From an uncultured Bifidobacteriaceae bacterium (GTDB taxonomy: Bacteria; Acidobacteriota; Vicinamibacteria; Vicinamibacterales; UBA2999), in contig CAZXTM010000003.1 of assembly GCA_964643765.1 (NCBI GenBank), positions 10,958-74,957 on the forward strand: a stretch of 64,000 nucleotides of DNA, given 5' to 3'. Shown here in pieces: positions 1 to 9,205 of this stretch (positions are counted from its first letter, which is position 1; each line of letters starts with the position of its first letter). Made by a program: the position numbers and the translations under genes. The notes under the pieces were generated by a model that saw only the letters and a list, made by a program, of their open reading frames with translations, was not told where the DNA came from and made no database searches.

Positions 1-2477
1 ACACTACGGTAGGCCGCGTGATCTTCAACACCGCGCTGCCGGCAGGGATGCCGTTTGTCAACGGCATGCTCAAGAAGAAGGGCCTGCAGCAGCTGGTGCA
101 GCGCTGCTACCTGACCGAGGGGCTCGACACGACCGTGCGCATGCTCGACGGGCTGAAGCAGATGGGCTTCACCTACGCGACCCGCTCGGGGATGTCGATC
201 GGCATCGAAGACCTGATCATTCCGCAGTCGAAGCCCGAACTGGTGGGCAAGGCGCGCGACGAGGTCATCAAGGTCGAACAGCAGTATCTCGAGGGAGCCA
301 TCACCAACGGCGAGCGCCTCAACAAGGTCATCGCGGTGTGGTCTGACGTGACTGAAAAGATCGCCGACGCGATGTTCGGTGAAATGGAGCGTCGCGACAA
401 GGCCGGCAGCTTCAACCCGGTCTACATCATGGCCGACTCCGGCGCGCGCGGCAGCAAGCAGCAGATTCGCCAGCTGGCGGGCATGCGCGGCCTGATGGCC
501 AAGCCCTCGGGTGAAATCATCGAGACGCCCATCCGCGCGAACTTCCGCGAAGGTCTCTCGGTGCTCGAGTACTTCATCTCGACCCACGGCGCACGCAAGG
601 GCCTGGCCGACACGGCGCTGAAGACCGCCGACTCGGGCTACCTCACGCGACGCCTCGTGGACGTGGCGCAGGACGTCATCATCTCCGACGAGGACTGCCG
701 CACGACCAATGGCATCGAGGCCCGCGCGATCGTGGAAAGCGGCGAGGTCATCGAGCCGCTGCGGGACCGCATCATCGGGCGTGTCACGCTCGACCGCATT
801 GTCGACCCGATCACCGGCGAGGTGATTGTGGAAGAGAACGGGATAATCGACGAGGACCTGGCGTCGAAGGTGCAGGACGCCGGTGTCGAGAAGGTGCGGA
901 TCCGCTCGGTGCTGACCTGCGAGTCGCGCCGCGGCGTGTGCAAGCTGTGCTACGGCCGCGACCTGGCCACCGGCCGTCTGGTCGAGCTGGGCCTGGCCGT
1001 GGGCGTCGTGGCCGCGCAGTCGATCGGCGAGCCCGGCACGCAGCTCACGATGCGCACGTTCCACATCGGCGGCACGGCCTCGCGCATCACCGACCAGTCG
1101 ACCCTCGACGCCAAGGCGGACGGCACGGTCAAGTTCGAGAACCTCTCGTATGTCGCGCGCCCGAACAAGCAGGGCGGCGTCGACCTCATCGTGATGAACC
1201 GCAATGGGCACATCGTGGTGATGGATGAGAAGGGGCACGACCGCGAGCGCTACGAGGTGGTCTACGGCGCACACATCAAGGTGACCGACGGCGCCAAGGT
1301 CGAGCAGGGCGCAATCCTGGTCGAGTGGGATCCCTACACCTTCTCGATTCTCACCGAGGAAAAGGGCACCATCCATTACAAGGACATCATCGAGGGCGTC
1401 ACTGTCCACGATGCGGTCGACGAAGTCACGGGCCTGTCGCGCTACATCATCATCGACTCGCCGGACGAGAAGAAGCAGCCGACGGTCGAGATCCGTGACG
1501 CGCGCAACCACGTGGTGCGCAAGTACATCATGCCGGTCAGCGCCCACCTGATGGTGAGCAACGGCGAGGAAGTCCGGGCCGGCGACGTGCTGGCGAAGAT
1601 CCCGCGCGAGACGACCAAGACCAAGGACATCACGGGCGGTCTGCCGCGCGTGGTCGAGCTCTTCGAGGCCCGCAAGCCCAAGGATCCGGCCGTGGTCAGC
1701 GAGATCGACGGCACGGTCAAGTACGGCGGCGTGATCAAGGGACAGCGGAAGATCCTCATCGTCCCAGAGGATGGCGCCGAGACGCGGGAATACAGCATCC
1801 CCCGCGGCGTCCACGTTAACGTGCAGGAAGGCGAGCGCGTGCATGCGGGCGACCCGCTGATGGACGGCCCCAGCAACCCGCACGACATCCTGCGCGTGCT
1901 GGGTGAGAAGGAACTGCAGAAGTACCTCGTGAACGAGATTCAGGAGGTCTACCGCCTGCAGGGCGTGAATATCAACGACAAGCACATCGAGGTCATCACC
2001 CGCCAGATGATGCGCTGGGTGCGCGTCGAGGATGTGGGCGACACCGAATTCCTGGTGGACGAGCAGGTCGATCGCTTCCGGTTCATGGAAGAGAACGAGC
2101 GTGTGATTGCCGCCGGAGGCCGCCCGGCCTCGGCCCAGCCGCTGCTGCTCGGCATCACCAAGGCCTCGCTGTCGACCGAGTCGTTCATCTCGGCGGCGTC
2201 GTTCCAGGAAACGACACGCGTGCTGACCGAAGCGGCCATCTCCGGGAAGATGGACTACCTGCGCGGCCTCAAGGAGAACGTCACGATGGGCCGCCTCATC
2301 CCGGCCGGCACCGGCTTCTGGTGGTATCGTCACGTCGAAATCCCGGCCGACGAACCGCCACCGCCGCCGCCGATTCAGCAGCCCAGCGATGAAGATGGCG
2401 ACTTCGAGCGCGAGATGGAGTATCTCGTGGAGCCCGAGGAAGCCCTGGGCCGCGGGATCGTCGAAACCGAGTCGTAA
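1..2477 (+). CDS. rpoC: DNA-directed RNA polymerase subunit beta' (C-terminal ~820 aa; 5' end lies outside the window)
   Basis: Reading frame is open to the left edge. Beta' hallmark segments [40 protein letters not shown] and [19 protein letters not shown] are present. Pro-rich/acidic C-terminal tail; stop TAA at 2475-2477. Confidence 0.97.
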   Translation, partial: TTVGRVIFNTALPAGMPFVNGMLKKKGLQQLVQRCYLTEGLDTTVRMLDGLKQMGFTYATRSGMSIGIEDLIIPQSKPELVGKARDEVIKVEQQYLEGAITNGERLNKVIAVWSDVTEKIADAMFGEMERRDKAGSFNPVYIMADSGARGSKQQIRQLAGMRGLMAKPSGEIIETPIRANFREGLSVLEYFISTHGARKGLADTALKTADSGYLTRRLVDVAQDVIISDEDCRTTNGIEARAIVESGEVIEPLRDRIIGRVTLDRIVDPITGEVIVEENGIIDEDLASKVQDAGVEKVRIRSVLTCESRRGVCKLCYGRDLATGRLVELGLAVGVVAAQSIGEPGTQLTMRTFHIGGTASRITDQSTLDAKADGTVKFENLSYVARPNKQGGVDLIVMNRNGHIVVMDEKGHDRERYEVVYGAHIKVTDGAKVEQGAILVEWDPYTFSILTEEKGTIHYKDIIEGVTVHDAVDEVTGLSRYIIIDSPDEKKQPTVEIRDARNHVVRKYIMPVSAHLMVSNGEEVRAGDVLAKIPRETTKTKDITGGLPRVVELFEARKPKDPAVVSEIDGTVKYGGVIKGQRKILIVPEDGAETREYSIPRGVHVNVQEGERVHAGDPLMDGPSNPHDILRVLGEKELQKYLVNEIQEVYRLQGVNINDKHIEVITRQMMRWVRVEDVGDTEFLVDEQVDRFRFMEENERVIAAGGRPASAQPLLLGITKASLSTESFISAASFQETTRVLTEAAISGKMDYLRGLKENVTMGRLIPAGTGFWWYRHVEIPADEPPPPPPIQQPSDEDGDFEREMEYLVEPEEALGRGIVETES

Positions 2478-2510
2478 GCGATCGGACGGCACCGGCCACA
2501 CTGGCTCAGC

Positions 2511-2555
2511 GGGCACGCGTTCCCCCACGGGGAGCGCGTGCCCGTTGCCTTTCTG
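2511..2555 (+). terminator. Hairpin terminator candidate downstream of rpoC
   Basis: GGGCACGCGTTCCCC (2511-2525), loop CAC, GGGGAGCGCGTGCCC (2529-2543) form a 15-bp stem with one G-U pair, followed by GTTGCCTTTCT. Confidence 0.5.
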
Positions 2556-2571
2556 GGGCAGAATACCGGGC

Positions 2572-3936
2572 ATGTCGCGTTCCCTTTCCCTTCGTTCGGT
2601 GCCGGTGCCGGGGCTGCTGATCGCCCTCGTCCTGGCGGTGGTGCCACTGGCGCAGTCGCCGCAGGCGATCAGGCCCAACGTGCTGCTGATCATCGCCGAC
2701 GACATGGGCTACGGCGACATCGGGGCCTACGGCGCGACCGACACACGCACGCCCAACCTCGACCACCTGGCGTCCGAGGGCGTCCGCCTGACCGATTTCT
2801 ACGCCAACGCGCCCGTCTGCACGCCCACGCGGGCCGCTTTGATGACAGGCCGCTATCAGCAGCGGCTCACGCTCGAGCGACCACTGGCCAGTGTGGGCGC
2901 CGACCTTGAGGCTGTGCTGCCCGTGACCGGACGGTCTGTGCCCCAGTTGCTCAAGGACGCTGGTTACCGAACGGCGCTGATTGGCAAGTGGCACCTCGGC
3001 TACAAACCCGAGTCCGGTCCTCGGGCGCACGGCTTTGAGTACTTCTGGGGATTCCTGTCAGGGTATCTCGACTGGTACACGCATGTGCGCGGTGACGGCC
3101 AGCATGATGTGTGGGAAAACGAGACCCCCGTGCAGGCGCAGGGCTACTTCCACCACGAAACGACCCGGCGCGCCGTGGCCGAGATTGACCGCAGTGTGTT
3201 GGACGGGCGGCCGTTCTTCCTCGAAGTGGCCTATGGCGCGCCGCACTGGCCGTTCCAACTGCCGACCGTGCCGTCGGTGGCCGAGCGCCGGAATAACTCG
3301 ATGACGCCGGACCCGTCCGACCCGAACGCCGCCACGCGCGCCGACTACGTGGCCATCATGGAAGACTTTGATGCAGAAATCGGTCGCCTGCTCGCCCGGC
3401 TGAGTCACCACGGCGTCGAGCGAGACACCCTGGTCATCTTCATGAGTGACAACGGGGGCGAATGGCTGTCGCGCAACAGCCCGCTGTTTCACCGCAAGGA
3501 CACCGTCTGGGAAGGTGGGGTGCGTGTGCCGGCCATTCTCCGCTGGCCGGCGCGCCTGCCCCGGGGCCGGGTGTCGGGCCAGGTGGGCATCACGATGGAC
3601 ATCTCAGCCAGTGTGGTGGCGGCTGCCGGCGCCACCCGCCCCGATCTCGGATTTGAGGGCCTCGACCTCGTGAACCTGCTGGCCACGGGACGAACTCAGG
3701 AACGCGAACTGATGTGGCGCGTGATTCGCCCCGGCGTGCAGCAGCGCGCGGTGCGGGCGGGCGACTTCAAGTACGTTGAAGACGGTGGCCTGCGGTTCCT
3801 GTTCAACGTGCGCACGGATCCAGGCGAACGTGAGGATCTCACCGCCCGCGACCCGGCCCGCGTCCGGGCCCTGCGCGCACGGATCGCCGCGTGGGAGGCC
3901 GACGTGGACGGCGAAGCCCGCCGCCGTCAGCCCTGA
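2572..3936 (+). CDS. Secreted Cys-type sulfatase (arylsulfatase family)
   Basis: Internal ATG at 2572 gives a signal peptide MSRSLSLRSVPVPGLLIALVLAVVPLAQS. Motifs LLIIADDMGYGD and the formylglycine signature CTPTRAALMTGR are present, plus GKWHLG and SDNGG. The longer ORF start at 2389 would overlap rpoC. Confidence 0.85.
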   Translation: MSRSLSLRSVPVPGLLIALVLAVVPLAQSPQAIRPNVLLIIADDMGYGDIGAYGATDTRTPNLDHLASEGVRLTDFYANAPVCTPTRAALMTGRYQQRLTLERPLASVGADLEAVLPVTGRSVPQLLKDAGYRTALIGKWHLGYKPESGPRAHGFEYFWGFLSGYLDWYTHVRGDGQHDVWENETPVQAQGYFHHETTRRAVAEIDRSVLDGRPFFLEVAYGAPHWPFQLPTVPSVAERRNNSMTPDPSDPNAATRADYVAIMEDFDAEIGRLLARLSHHGVERDTLVIFMSDNGGEWLSRNSPLFHRKDTVWEGGVRVPAILRWPARLPRGRVSGQVGITMDISASVVAAAGATRPDLGFEGLDLVNLLATGRTQERELMWRVIRPGVQQRAVRAGDFKYVEDGGLRFLFNVRTDPGEREDLTARDPARVRALRARIAAWEADVDGEARRRQP

Positions 3937-4820
3937 GCGCTGGCCGCCGCGGCGCGCCTTTCGACTGCGGCAGAACGCAGCAGGCTGAAGGCCGTGTACA
4001 GCACCACGAACACCACCAGCAGGCGCACGGTGTCGAGCGGCAGCGATTTGACGATGTAGGCAGCGATGAGCACCGCGCCGGGGCCGCCAATCATGAACGA
4101 AACGGCGGTGCGCAGGTCGTACTTGTTCTCGCGCACAAACTGGATGCTGCCCGTGGGCATCAGGAAGGCGCAGGCGCCCATCATGATGGGGAATGCCGCG
4201 GTGGGGTTCATCCCGAGCAGGCTGATCATGATGAGGCACGGGGCGTAGTAGCCAATGCCCAGCATCATGAGGGCGCCGAAGACCATTGAGCATCCGACGG
4301 CGATGGCCAGCTTGGTCCCGGACACGCCAAGGGCCACGCCCGGGGCGGGCCCGATGCCCAGGTAGGACAGCAGCATCAGCGTGGCCGCGGCGATGAGGGC
4401 GGTGCCCATGCCCAGCTGGATGCCGCGGCGGGGCAGGCGGGCCACGACCCCTGCTCCGAGGTAGGCCCCGACCACGGCGGCGGCGATGATCGCGGCCAGG
4501 GTCGTGAACTCCACCTCGACGATGGTGACGTAAATGAGGGTCTGCACCACGGTCGGCAGCACATAGCCGACGTTGAGCGTGCCGGGAATCTTCTCGTCGG
4601 GCACGACCTTCCACAGCTTGAGCATGGCCGTGGACGTGGCGTATGACCCGATGCCGAGCGTGTCGAAGAAATTGGCGATGAACCCGATGGCGGTGCCGAC
4701 CGGGGTTGGCGTGGCCGGCCCCAGCAGCCCCTCCCTGCGCCTGACCGAGGTGTACCAGAAGGCATGGTAGGCGATGGTGATGAGCACCAGGGCCGCGAGC
4801 AGGAGCGTCTTGGGGTCCAT
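3927..4820 (-). CDS. TauE/SafE (DUF81) family anion exporter-like membrane protein
   Basis: 297 aa and polytopic throughout, with Gly/Ala-rich helices resembling the sulfite exporter TauE/SafE family. Starts 12 bp after the regulator stop; its 3' end overlaps the sulfatase 3' end by 10 bp. Confidence 0.6.
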   Translation of the reverse strand: MDPKTLLLAALVLITIAYHAFWYTSVRRREGLLGPATPTPVGTAIGFIANFFDTLGIGSYATSTAMLKLWKVVPDEKIPGTLNVGYVLPTVVQTLIYVTIVEVEFTTLAAIIAAAVVGAYLGAGVVARLPRRGIQLGMGTALIAAATLMLLSYLGIGPAPGVALGVSGTKLAIAVGCSMVFGALMMLGIGYYAPCLIMISLLGMNPTAAFPIMMGACAFLMPTGSIQFVRENKYDLRTAVSFMIGGPGAVLIAAYIVKSLPLDTVRLLVVFVVLYTAFSLLRSAAVERRAAAASAQG

Positions 4821-4832
4821 AGGTGCCCGATT

Positions 4833-5513
4833 CTACCCGACGAACTTGTAGCCGGAGCCGTGAATTGTGAGGATGTGCTCTGGGGCGTGGGGAGACTTCT
4901 CGATTTTCTGCCGGAGCTTGGCCACGAAGTTGTCGATGGTGCGCGTGGTGGGATATTCCTCATAGCCCCAGACGTCATTGAGGATCTGCTCGCGGGTGAC
5001 GACCTGACCGACATGCTGGACCAGGTAGCGGAGCAGCTCGAACTCGCGGGCCGTGAACTCGATGCGCGTCTGGCCGCGGCGGGCCTGGTGCAGGCGGAAG
5101 TCGAAGTCGATGTCGCCGATGCGGACTGTCTCGGCGGCCGGCCGCTGGGGATTCGATCGGCGCAGCACGGCGCGCACGCGCGCCAGCAGTTCGGTGATCG
5201 AAAACGGCTTGGTGACGTAGTCGTCGGCGCCGAGTTCGAGGCCGAGCACCTTGTCGGTTTCCGCCGACCGGGCGGTCAGCATGACAATGGGCGTCGAGAC
5301 GTTGCGGGCGCGCAGTTCGCGGCAGACGTCGAAGCCGTTGCGCTTGGGCAGCATGACGTCCAGGATGACCAGGTCGGGAGGTGCCGACGAGGCCTTGCTC
5401 AACCCCTCGTCGCCATCGGCCGCCGTCTGGACGTCGTAGCCTTCGAGCTCCAGGTTGTCACGCAGGCCCAGCAGCATCTGCGGTTCGTCTTCGATTACCA
5501 GAATCCGTTTCAT
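4833..5513 (-). CDS. OmpR/PhoB-family response regulator
   Basis: Receiver domain MKRILVIEDE ... DLVILDVMLP ... DDYVTKPF, followed by a winged-helix C-terminus (LTAREFELLRYL, RTIDNFVAKLRQKIE, IHGSGYKF). Confidence 0.92.
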   Translation of the reverse strand: MKRILVIEDEPQMLLGLRDNLELEGYDVQTAADGDEGLSKASSAPPDLVILDVMLPKRNGFDVCRELRARNVSTPIVMLTARSAETDKVLGLELGADDYVTKPFSITELLARVRAVLRRSNPQRPAAETVRIGDIDFDFRLHQARRGQTRIEFTAREFELLRYLVQHVGQVVTREQILNDVWGYEEYPTTRTIDNFVAKLRQKIEKSPHAPEHILTIHGSGYKFVG

Positions 5514-7245
5514 TGCGAAGATCCTCGTCTGTCAGTGTGCCATCGATGGGGAAATGCAGGGTGAACTGGCTGCCGACGCCGGGCGTGCTGTCGACGGACA
5601 CCGAGCCGCCATGGCCACGCATGGTGTGCTCGACGATGGCCAGGCCAAGCCCGGTGCCCTGGGGGCCTCCTCCGAGTTCCTGCTGCACGCGGTAGAACTT
5701 CCGGAAGATGCGGCGCAGCTCCTGCCTGGGGATGCCGATGCCCCGGTCGCTGATGCGCACCTGCACTTCCTGGCCGACGCTCATCACGGCGACCTCGATC
5801 TGCTTCGAGTCGCCCGAATACTTCAGGGCATTGGTGAGGAGGTTCTCGACGGCCCGTTCCACGGCGAGGACGTCGGCCATGACGGTCGGCAGCGGGTCGT
5901 CTCGGCGCACCTGCACCGAGAACCGGCCCTGGGTGAACTGGGGCGCCATCATCTCGACTACGCGGTCGACGATGACGCCGAGGTCCTCGGGCTGCCGGGT
6001 GTAGGGGCGCAGCCCGGCTTCCATGCGTGAGAAGTCGAGGATGTTCTCAATGAGCCGCGTCAGCTTTCGGGCTTCCAGGTTGATGATGCGGTAATACTCC
6101 TGCGCCCGATCGGGGTTCCTGACCCGTCCGAGTTCGAGCGTCTCGGCGAACAGCTGAATGAGGGCCAGCGGCGTCTTCAGGTCGTGTGACACGGAGGCGA
6201 CGAAGTTCGACTTGAGCTCGGCCAGCCGCACTTCACGGGCCGCGGCGCGGATCACGAGGAACATGCCGATGCTCATCAGCACGGCGACGACGCCCATCAG
6301 GATCTTCTGGGGCCGGGTGCTGGCGCTGACGACGGCCGGGATGTCGTCGGTGCCGTAGGTGGTGCGCAGGCGCCAGTTCTCGCGTCGTGCCTCGTAGGGC
6401 GCGGCAAACTCGAGCAGCTCCTTGTCGAAGAACACCAGCGGGAACGTGCGGGCATCGACGAACGAGTCGCCCGGGCCGTGGCCCGGCACGACGGAGCGGC
6501 CGTCGCCGTCCTCGAGGGCCAGCCGCAGGGGGGGGAACCCGGCCGGCTGCTGCAGCGACTGGAGGCGCGTGGTGAGTAGCGATGGCAGGTATTCGGTGCG
6601 CAGCCGCTCGGCGTCGACGGCGAAGGCCACCAGGCTGGTCAGCTCCTCCCGTGCCGGGGAGGACCAGCGCAGCTGCGCCTGCACGTAGTGGGGACGCCCA
6701 TCAATGGTGTCGCTGAAGGCCACGATGGCGCGCTTCAGCGATGCCAGATCCTGCAGCTTGCGGAGGAGCGCTGCGCGACTGACGGGATCTTCGCGGAACC
6801 GGCGGGCGTCGTCGGCGGTGTCGAGCGCGGCGGATTGCTGGTCGTAGGCGAGCCAGCGCCCCGACAGCGGGTCGCCGGGAACTGGGTGGGTCCACACGTA
6901 GAAGGTGTCGATGAACGGGCTGGCCTGCAGACCGCCGGCGAGGACCGGCGCGACAAAGCCGGGGTCGAGCGGTTCGACGCGCGCCTGCGGAATGGCCAGC
7001 AGTACGCTGATATGCGGTTCCTTGAGGGCGCTCTCGATGCTGCGCGCGGCGTTGTCGACCGTGTCGGTGCTGAGCTGGCGCAGGACCACTGCCGAGGTCG
7101 ATTCAAGCGACGCCAGGGCGCGGTACTGGAAGAGGAACAGCACGCCGACGGGAATGGCAATGGCCACGGCGAGACTGAGCGCCAGCCGCACCCCGCGGTC
7201 GGCGGTGTAGAGCGGGCTGAACCACTGTCGGGCGTTGAGGCGCAT
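5458..7245 (-). CDS. Sensor histidine kinase with a large periplasmic domain
   Basis: ATG at 7245 (MRLNARQW) lies 20 bp after the TPR gene stop. Two TM helices bracket a ~290-aa extracytoplasmic region. H-box FVASVSHDLKTPL, N-box LLTNALKYS, G-boxes DRGIGI and GTGLGLAIV are present. The 3' end overlaps the regulator gene by 56 bp. Confidence 0.85.
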   Translation of the reverse strand: MRLNARQWFSPLYTADRGVRLALSLAVAIAIPVGVLFLFQYRALASLESTSAVVLRQLSTDTVDNAARSIESALKEPHISVLLAIPQARVEPLDPGFVAPVLAGGLQASPFIDTFYVWTHPVPGDPLSGRWLAYDQQSAALDTADDARRFREDPVSRAALLRKLQDLASLKRAIVAFSDTIDGRPHYVQAQLRWSSPAREELTSLVAFAVDAERLRTEYLPSLLTTRLQSLQQPAGFPPLRLALEDGDGRSVVPGHGPGDSFVDARTFPLVFFDKELLEFAAPYEARRENWRLRTTYGTDDIPAVVSASTRPQKILMGVVAVLMSIGMFLVIRAAAREVRLAELKSNFVASVSHDLKTPLALIQLFAETLELGRVRNPDRAQEYYRIINLEARKLTRLIENILDFSRMEAGLRPYTRQPEDLGVIVDRVVEMMAPQFTQGRFSVQVRRDDPLPTVMADVLAVERAVENLLTNALKYSGDSKQIEVAVMSVGQEVQVRISDRGIGIPRQELRRIFRKFYRVQQELGGGPQGTGLGLAIVEHTMRGHGGSVSVDSTPGVGSQFTLHFPIDGTLTDEDLRNETDSGNRRRTADAAGPA

Positions 7246-7265
7246 GGTGACTCGCTTCCGGAGGG

Positions 7266-8543
7266 TCAGGCGTGGCGGACGGGCAGCTGCCGCTGCAGCC
7301 ACTGGTGAAGCGGTTCCCAGCCGGACAGACCTGGCTGCTGGGAAATGAGGGCCCAGAGGATGGCGCTCGTGTCGGCCAGCACCTGTTCGCGATAGGGGCC
7401 GGACAACCGCGCCGCCGATGACTGCATCTGCTGGAAGGCGGCGACGGGATCGCCGGCGGCCAGCAGGGCGAGTCCGAGTCGCGTGCCCTGGACGGGATTC
7501 CGATCGGGATCCCGCGTCTGTCCCGATTCGTAGGCGGAGACGGCTGCCCGGAACCGTCCCTGCAGAAACAGGGTGTGGCCGAGATTGTAGTAGCCGTATG
7601 GGCGTGTGGGATCGAGCGTCGTGACGGTGCGGAACGCCGCTTCGGATTCGCCCAGTCGGCCGAGTTCGCGGGATACCACCCCGAGGTTGTTGTGCGCCTG
7701 TGGATTCCGGGGGTCGAGCTCCAGCAGGCGCGTGAACGCCTCGAGGGCCTCGGCGGTGCGATCGAGTTCCCCGAGGGCCGCGCCGAGATTGCCCCAGGCG
7801 CCCGGATACTCGGGAAGGCACCGGGTGGCGTGGGCGAAGCAGCGGGCGGCCGCCTCCATGTCGTCACGGCGCAGCCAGACTTTCCCGCGCTCGAACCAGG
7901 CGGCCGCCCAGTCGGGCGCCAGGGTGCAGGCCTCGTCAAGGTCTCGGGCGGCACCCTCGAGGTCGTTGACCTCCTGGCAGACGCTGGCGGTTGCCAGCAG
8001 ACGAGGGGGCGTCCTGCCCTCGCCCAGCGCGGTAACAGCCGTCCGCAGCCGGTCTTCCGGGCTGGCGGCGCGCAGCGCCTCGGCCATGCCGGGTCGCAGG
8101 GCAGGTTCGGGCCACACATCGTCGGTCTGGCCCTCGAGGCAGGTCACCGTGGCTCGGCCGAAGACGCCCCGGCGGGCAACCAGTTCGGGGGTGTGCGCCT
8201 CGAGGGTCGCACGGTGCCCGCCCACCACCATCACTCGGGGGGCACCGCTGTCCGTCGTCCGCATCCACTCGGCCAGCAGGAACGGCGCCTGGGTCGTGAC
8301 AAGTCTCGTCGAGCCGATCTGTGCGGTCTCGACGGCCAGGTGCAGGTCGGTGACCGCAAGCACCTCAGGTGCCCCGGGTGCCGGGCGCGGCCATGTCCAC
8401 GGCCACTCGGCAGCCGGCGGTGCCTGGCTGAAGGGCAGCCCGTGTGTGTCTGCCAGGGCCTGTGCGAGACGCGTTACCTCGTCCTGCACGCGACGTGCAT
8501 CGGCACCGAGCACGACGTGGAGCAGCGAGGAAGGCAGGGCCAT
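7266..8543 (-). CDS. TPR-repeat protein with an uncharacterised N-terminal domain
   Basis: C-terminal half has TPR-like repeats (AWFERGKVWLRRDDMEAAARCF, AWGNLGAALGELDRTAEALEAF, AHNNLGVVSRELGRLGESEAAF, GYYNLGHTLFLQGRFRAAVSAY). ATG at 8543 is preceded by GGAG with a 5-nt spacer. An alternative start lies at 8582. Confidence 0.65.
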   Translation of the reverse strand: MALPSSLLHVVLGADARRVQDEVTRLAQALADTHGLPFSQAPPAAEWPWTWPRPAPGAPEVLAVTDLHLAVETAQIGSTRLVTTQAPFLLAEWMRTTDSGAPRVMVVGGHRATLEAHTPELVARRGVFGRATVTCLEGQTDDVWPEPALRPGMAEALRAASPEDRLRTAVTALGEGRTPPRLLATASVCQEVNDLEGAARDLDEACTLAPDWAAAWFERGKVWLRRDDMEAAARCFAHATRCLPEYPGAWGNLGAALGELDRTAEALEAFTRLLELDPRNPQAHNNLGVVSRELGRLGESEAAFRTVTTLDPTRPYGYYNLGHTLFLQGRFRAAVSAYESGQTRDPDRNPVQGTRLGLALLAAGDPVAAFQQMQSSAARLSGPYREQVLADTSAILWALISQQPGLSGWEPLHQWLQRQLPVRHA

Positions 8544-8592
8544 CGTGGCTCCACTATACGAGGCTCGGACGGCAGATGCCACCAGAGGCTAC

Positions 8593-8608
8593 TTGCAAAA
8601 GTTTGCAA
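8593..8608. promoter_or_regulatory. AT-rich operator-like palindrome TTGCAAA-AG-TTTGCAA in a divergent promoter region
   Basis: Perfect 7-2-7 inverted repeat. It also reads as TTGCAA direct repeats 10 bp apart. It sits between the TPR-kinase-regulator operon (minus strand) and the Rieske/cytochrome b operon (plus strand). Confidence 0.35.
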
Positions 8609-8707
8609 CAAGTATTCCCCGTTCATGTCTCCCCGGCATTCGTCGTGGATACTTCCCGAAGCGTCGTGCGATGTATGCGCGTCGCGTCGGAAGCGGGAGC
8701 ACTTCGT

Positions 8708-9202
8708 ATGAGTACGTTGCCGGGGAATGCGCCCGAGACCCATCCCGCGGGTCGGCGCAGGTTTTTCGTGCGGTTGATCCAGGCCATTCATGGTGCCATG
8801 GGGGCGACGCTGGCGGTCGTCACGGGCCGGGCGATTGGTGGCCCGGCGGCACAGGCCGGGGGCGGCGAACGGTGGCTGCCGGCGGCAGAGTTCTCGCGCC
8901 TCGAGGAGGGACGCCCGACCACCGTGACGCTGCGCGTGGTGCGCCGCGACGGCATGACCGACGTCGTCGACCGGCGGGTGATCTACCTGCTCCGCAGCGG
9001 CGACGGCGTGCGTGCGCTCGACTCGACCTGTAGCCACCTGGGTTGCCGGACTGCCTACAACGCCGAGACATCGTGCATCGAGTGCCCCTGCCATGGCGGC
9101 GTGTTCGACACGACAGGATCGGTGATTGGCGGGCCCCCGCCGGCCCCCCTGAAGGAACTGGTGACGCGTGTCGACGGCACGCGCGTGATGGTGCGGGTCT
9201 GA
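8708..9202 (+). CDS. Rieske [2Fe-2S] subunit with a twin-arginine signal
   Basis: ATG at 8708 is preceded by GGGAG. Tat-like GRRRFFVRL is present, along with cluster boxes CSHLGC and CPCHGG. Confidence 0.85.
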   Translation: MSTLPGNAPETHPAGRRRFFVRLIQAIHGAMGATLAVVTGRAIGGPAAQAGGGERWLPAAEFSRLEEGRPTTVTLRVVRRDGMTDVVDRRVIYLLRSGDGVRALDSTCSHLGCRTAYNAETSCIECPCHGGVFDTTGSVIGGPPPAPLKELVTRVDGTRVMVRV

Positions 9203-9205
9203 TTC

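Noticed and set aside
2389-2571. Upstream extension of the sulfatase ORF overlapping the rpoC 3' end and terminator
   Set aside because: It would overlap rpoC by 89 bp and read through the terminator hairpin. The ATG at 2572 gives a clean signal peptide.
7246-7821. 192-aa N-terminal extension of the histidine kinase ORF
   Set aside because: The extension is Arg/Pro/Gly-rich and lies in another frame of the upstream TPR gene. The ATG at 7245 sits 20 bp after the TPR stop and immediately precedes the first TM helix.
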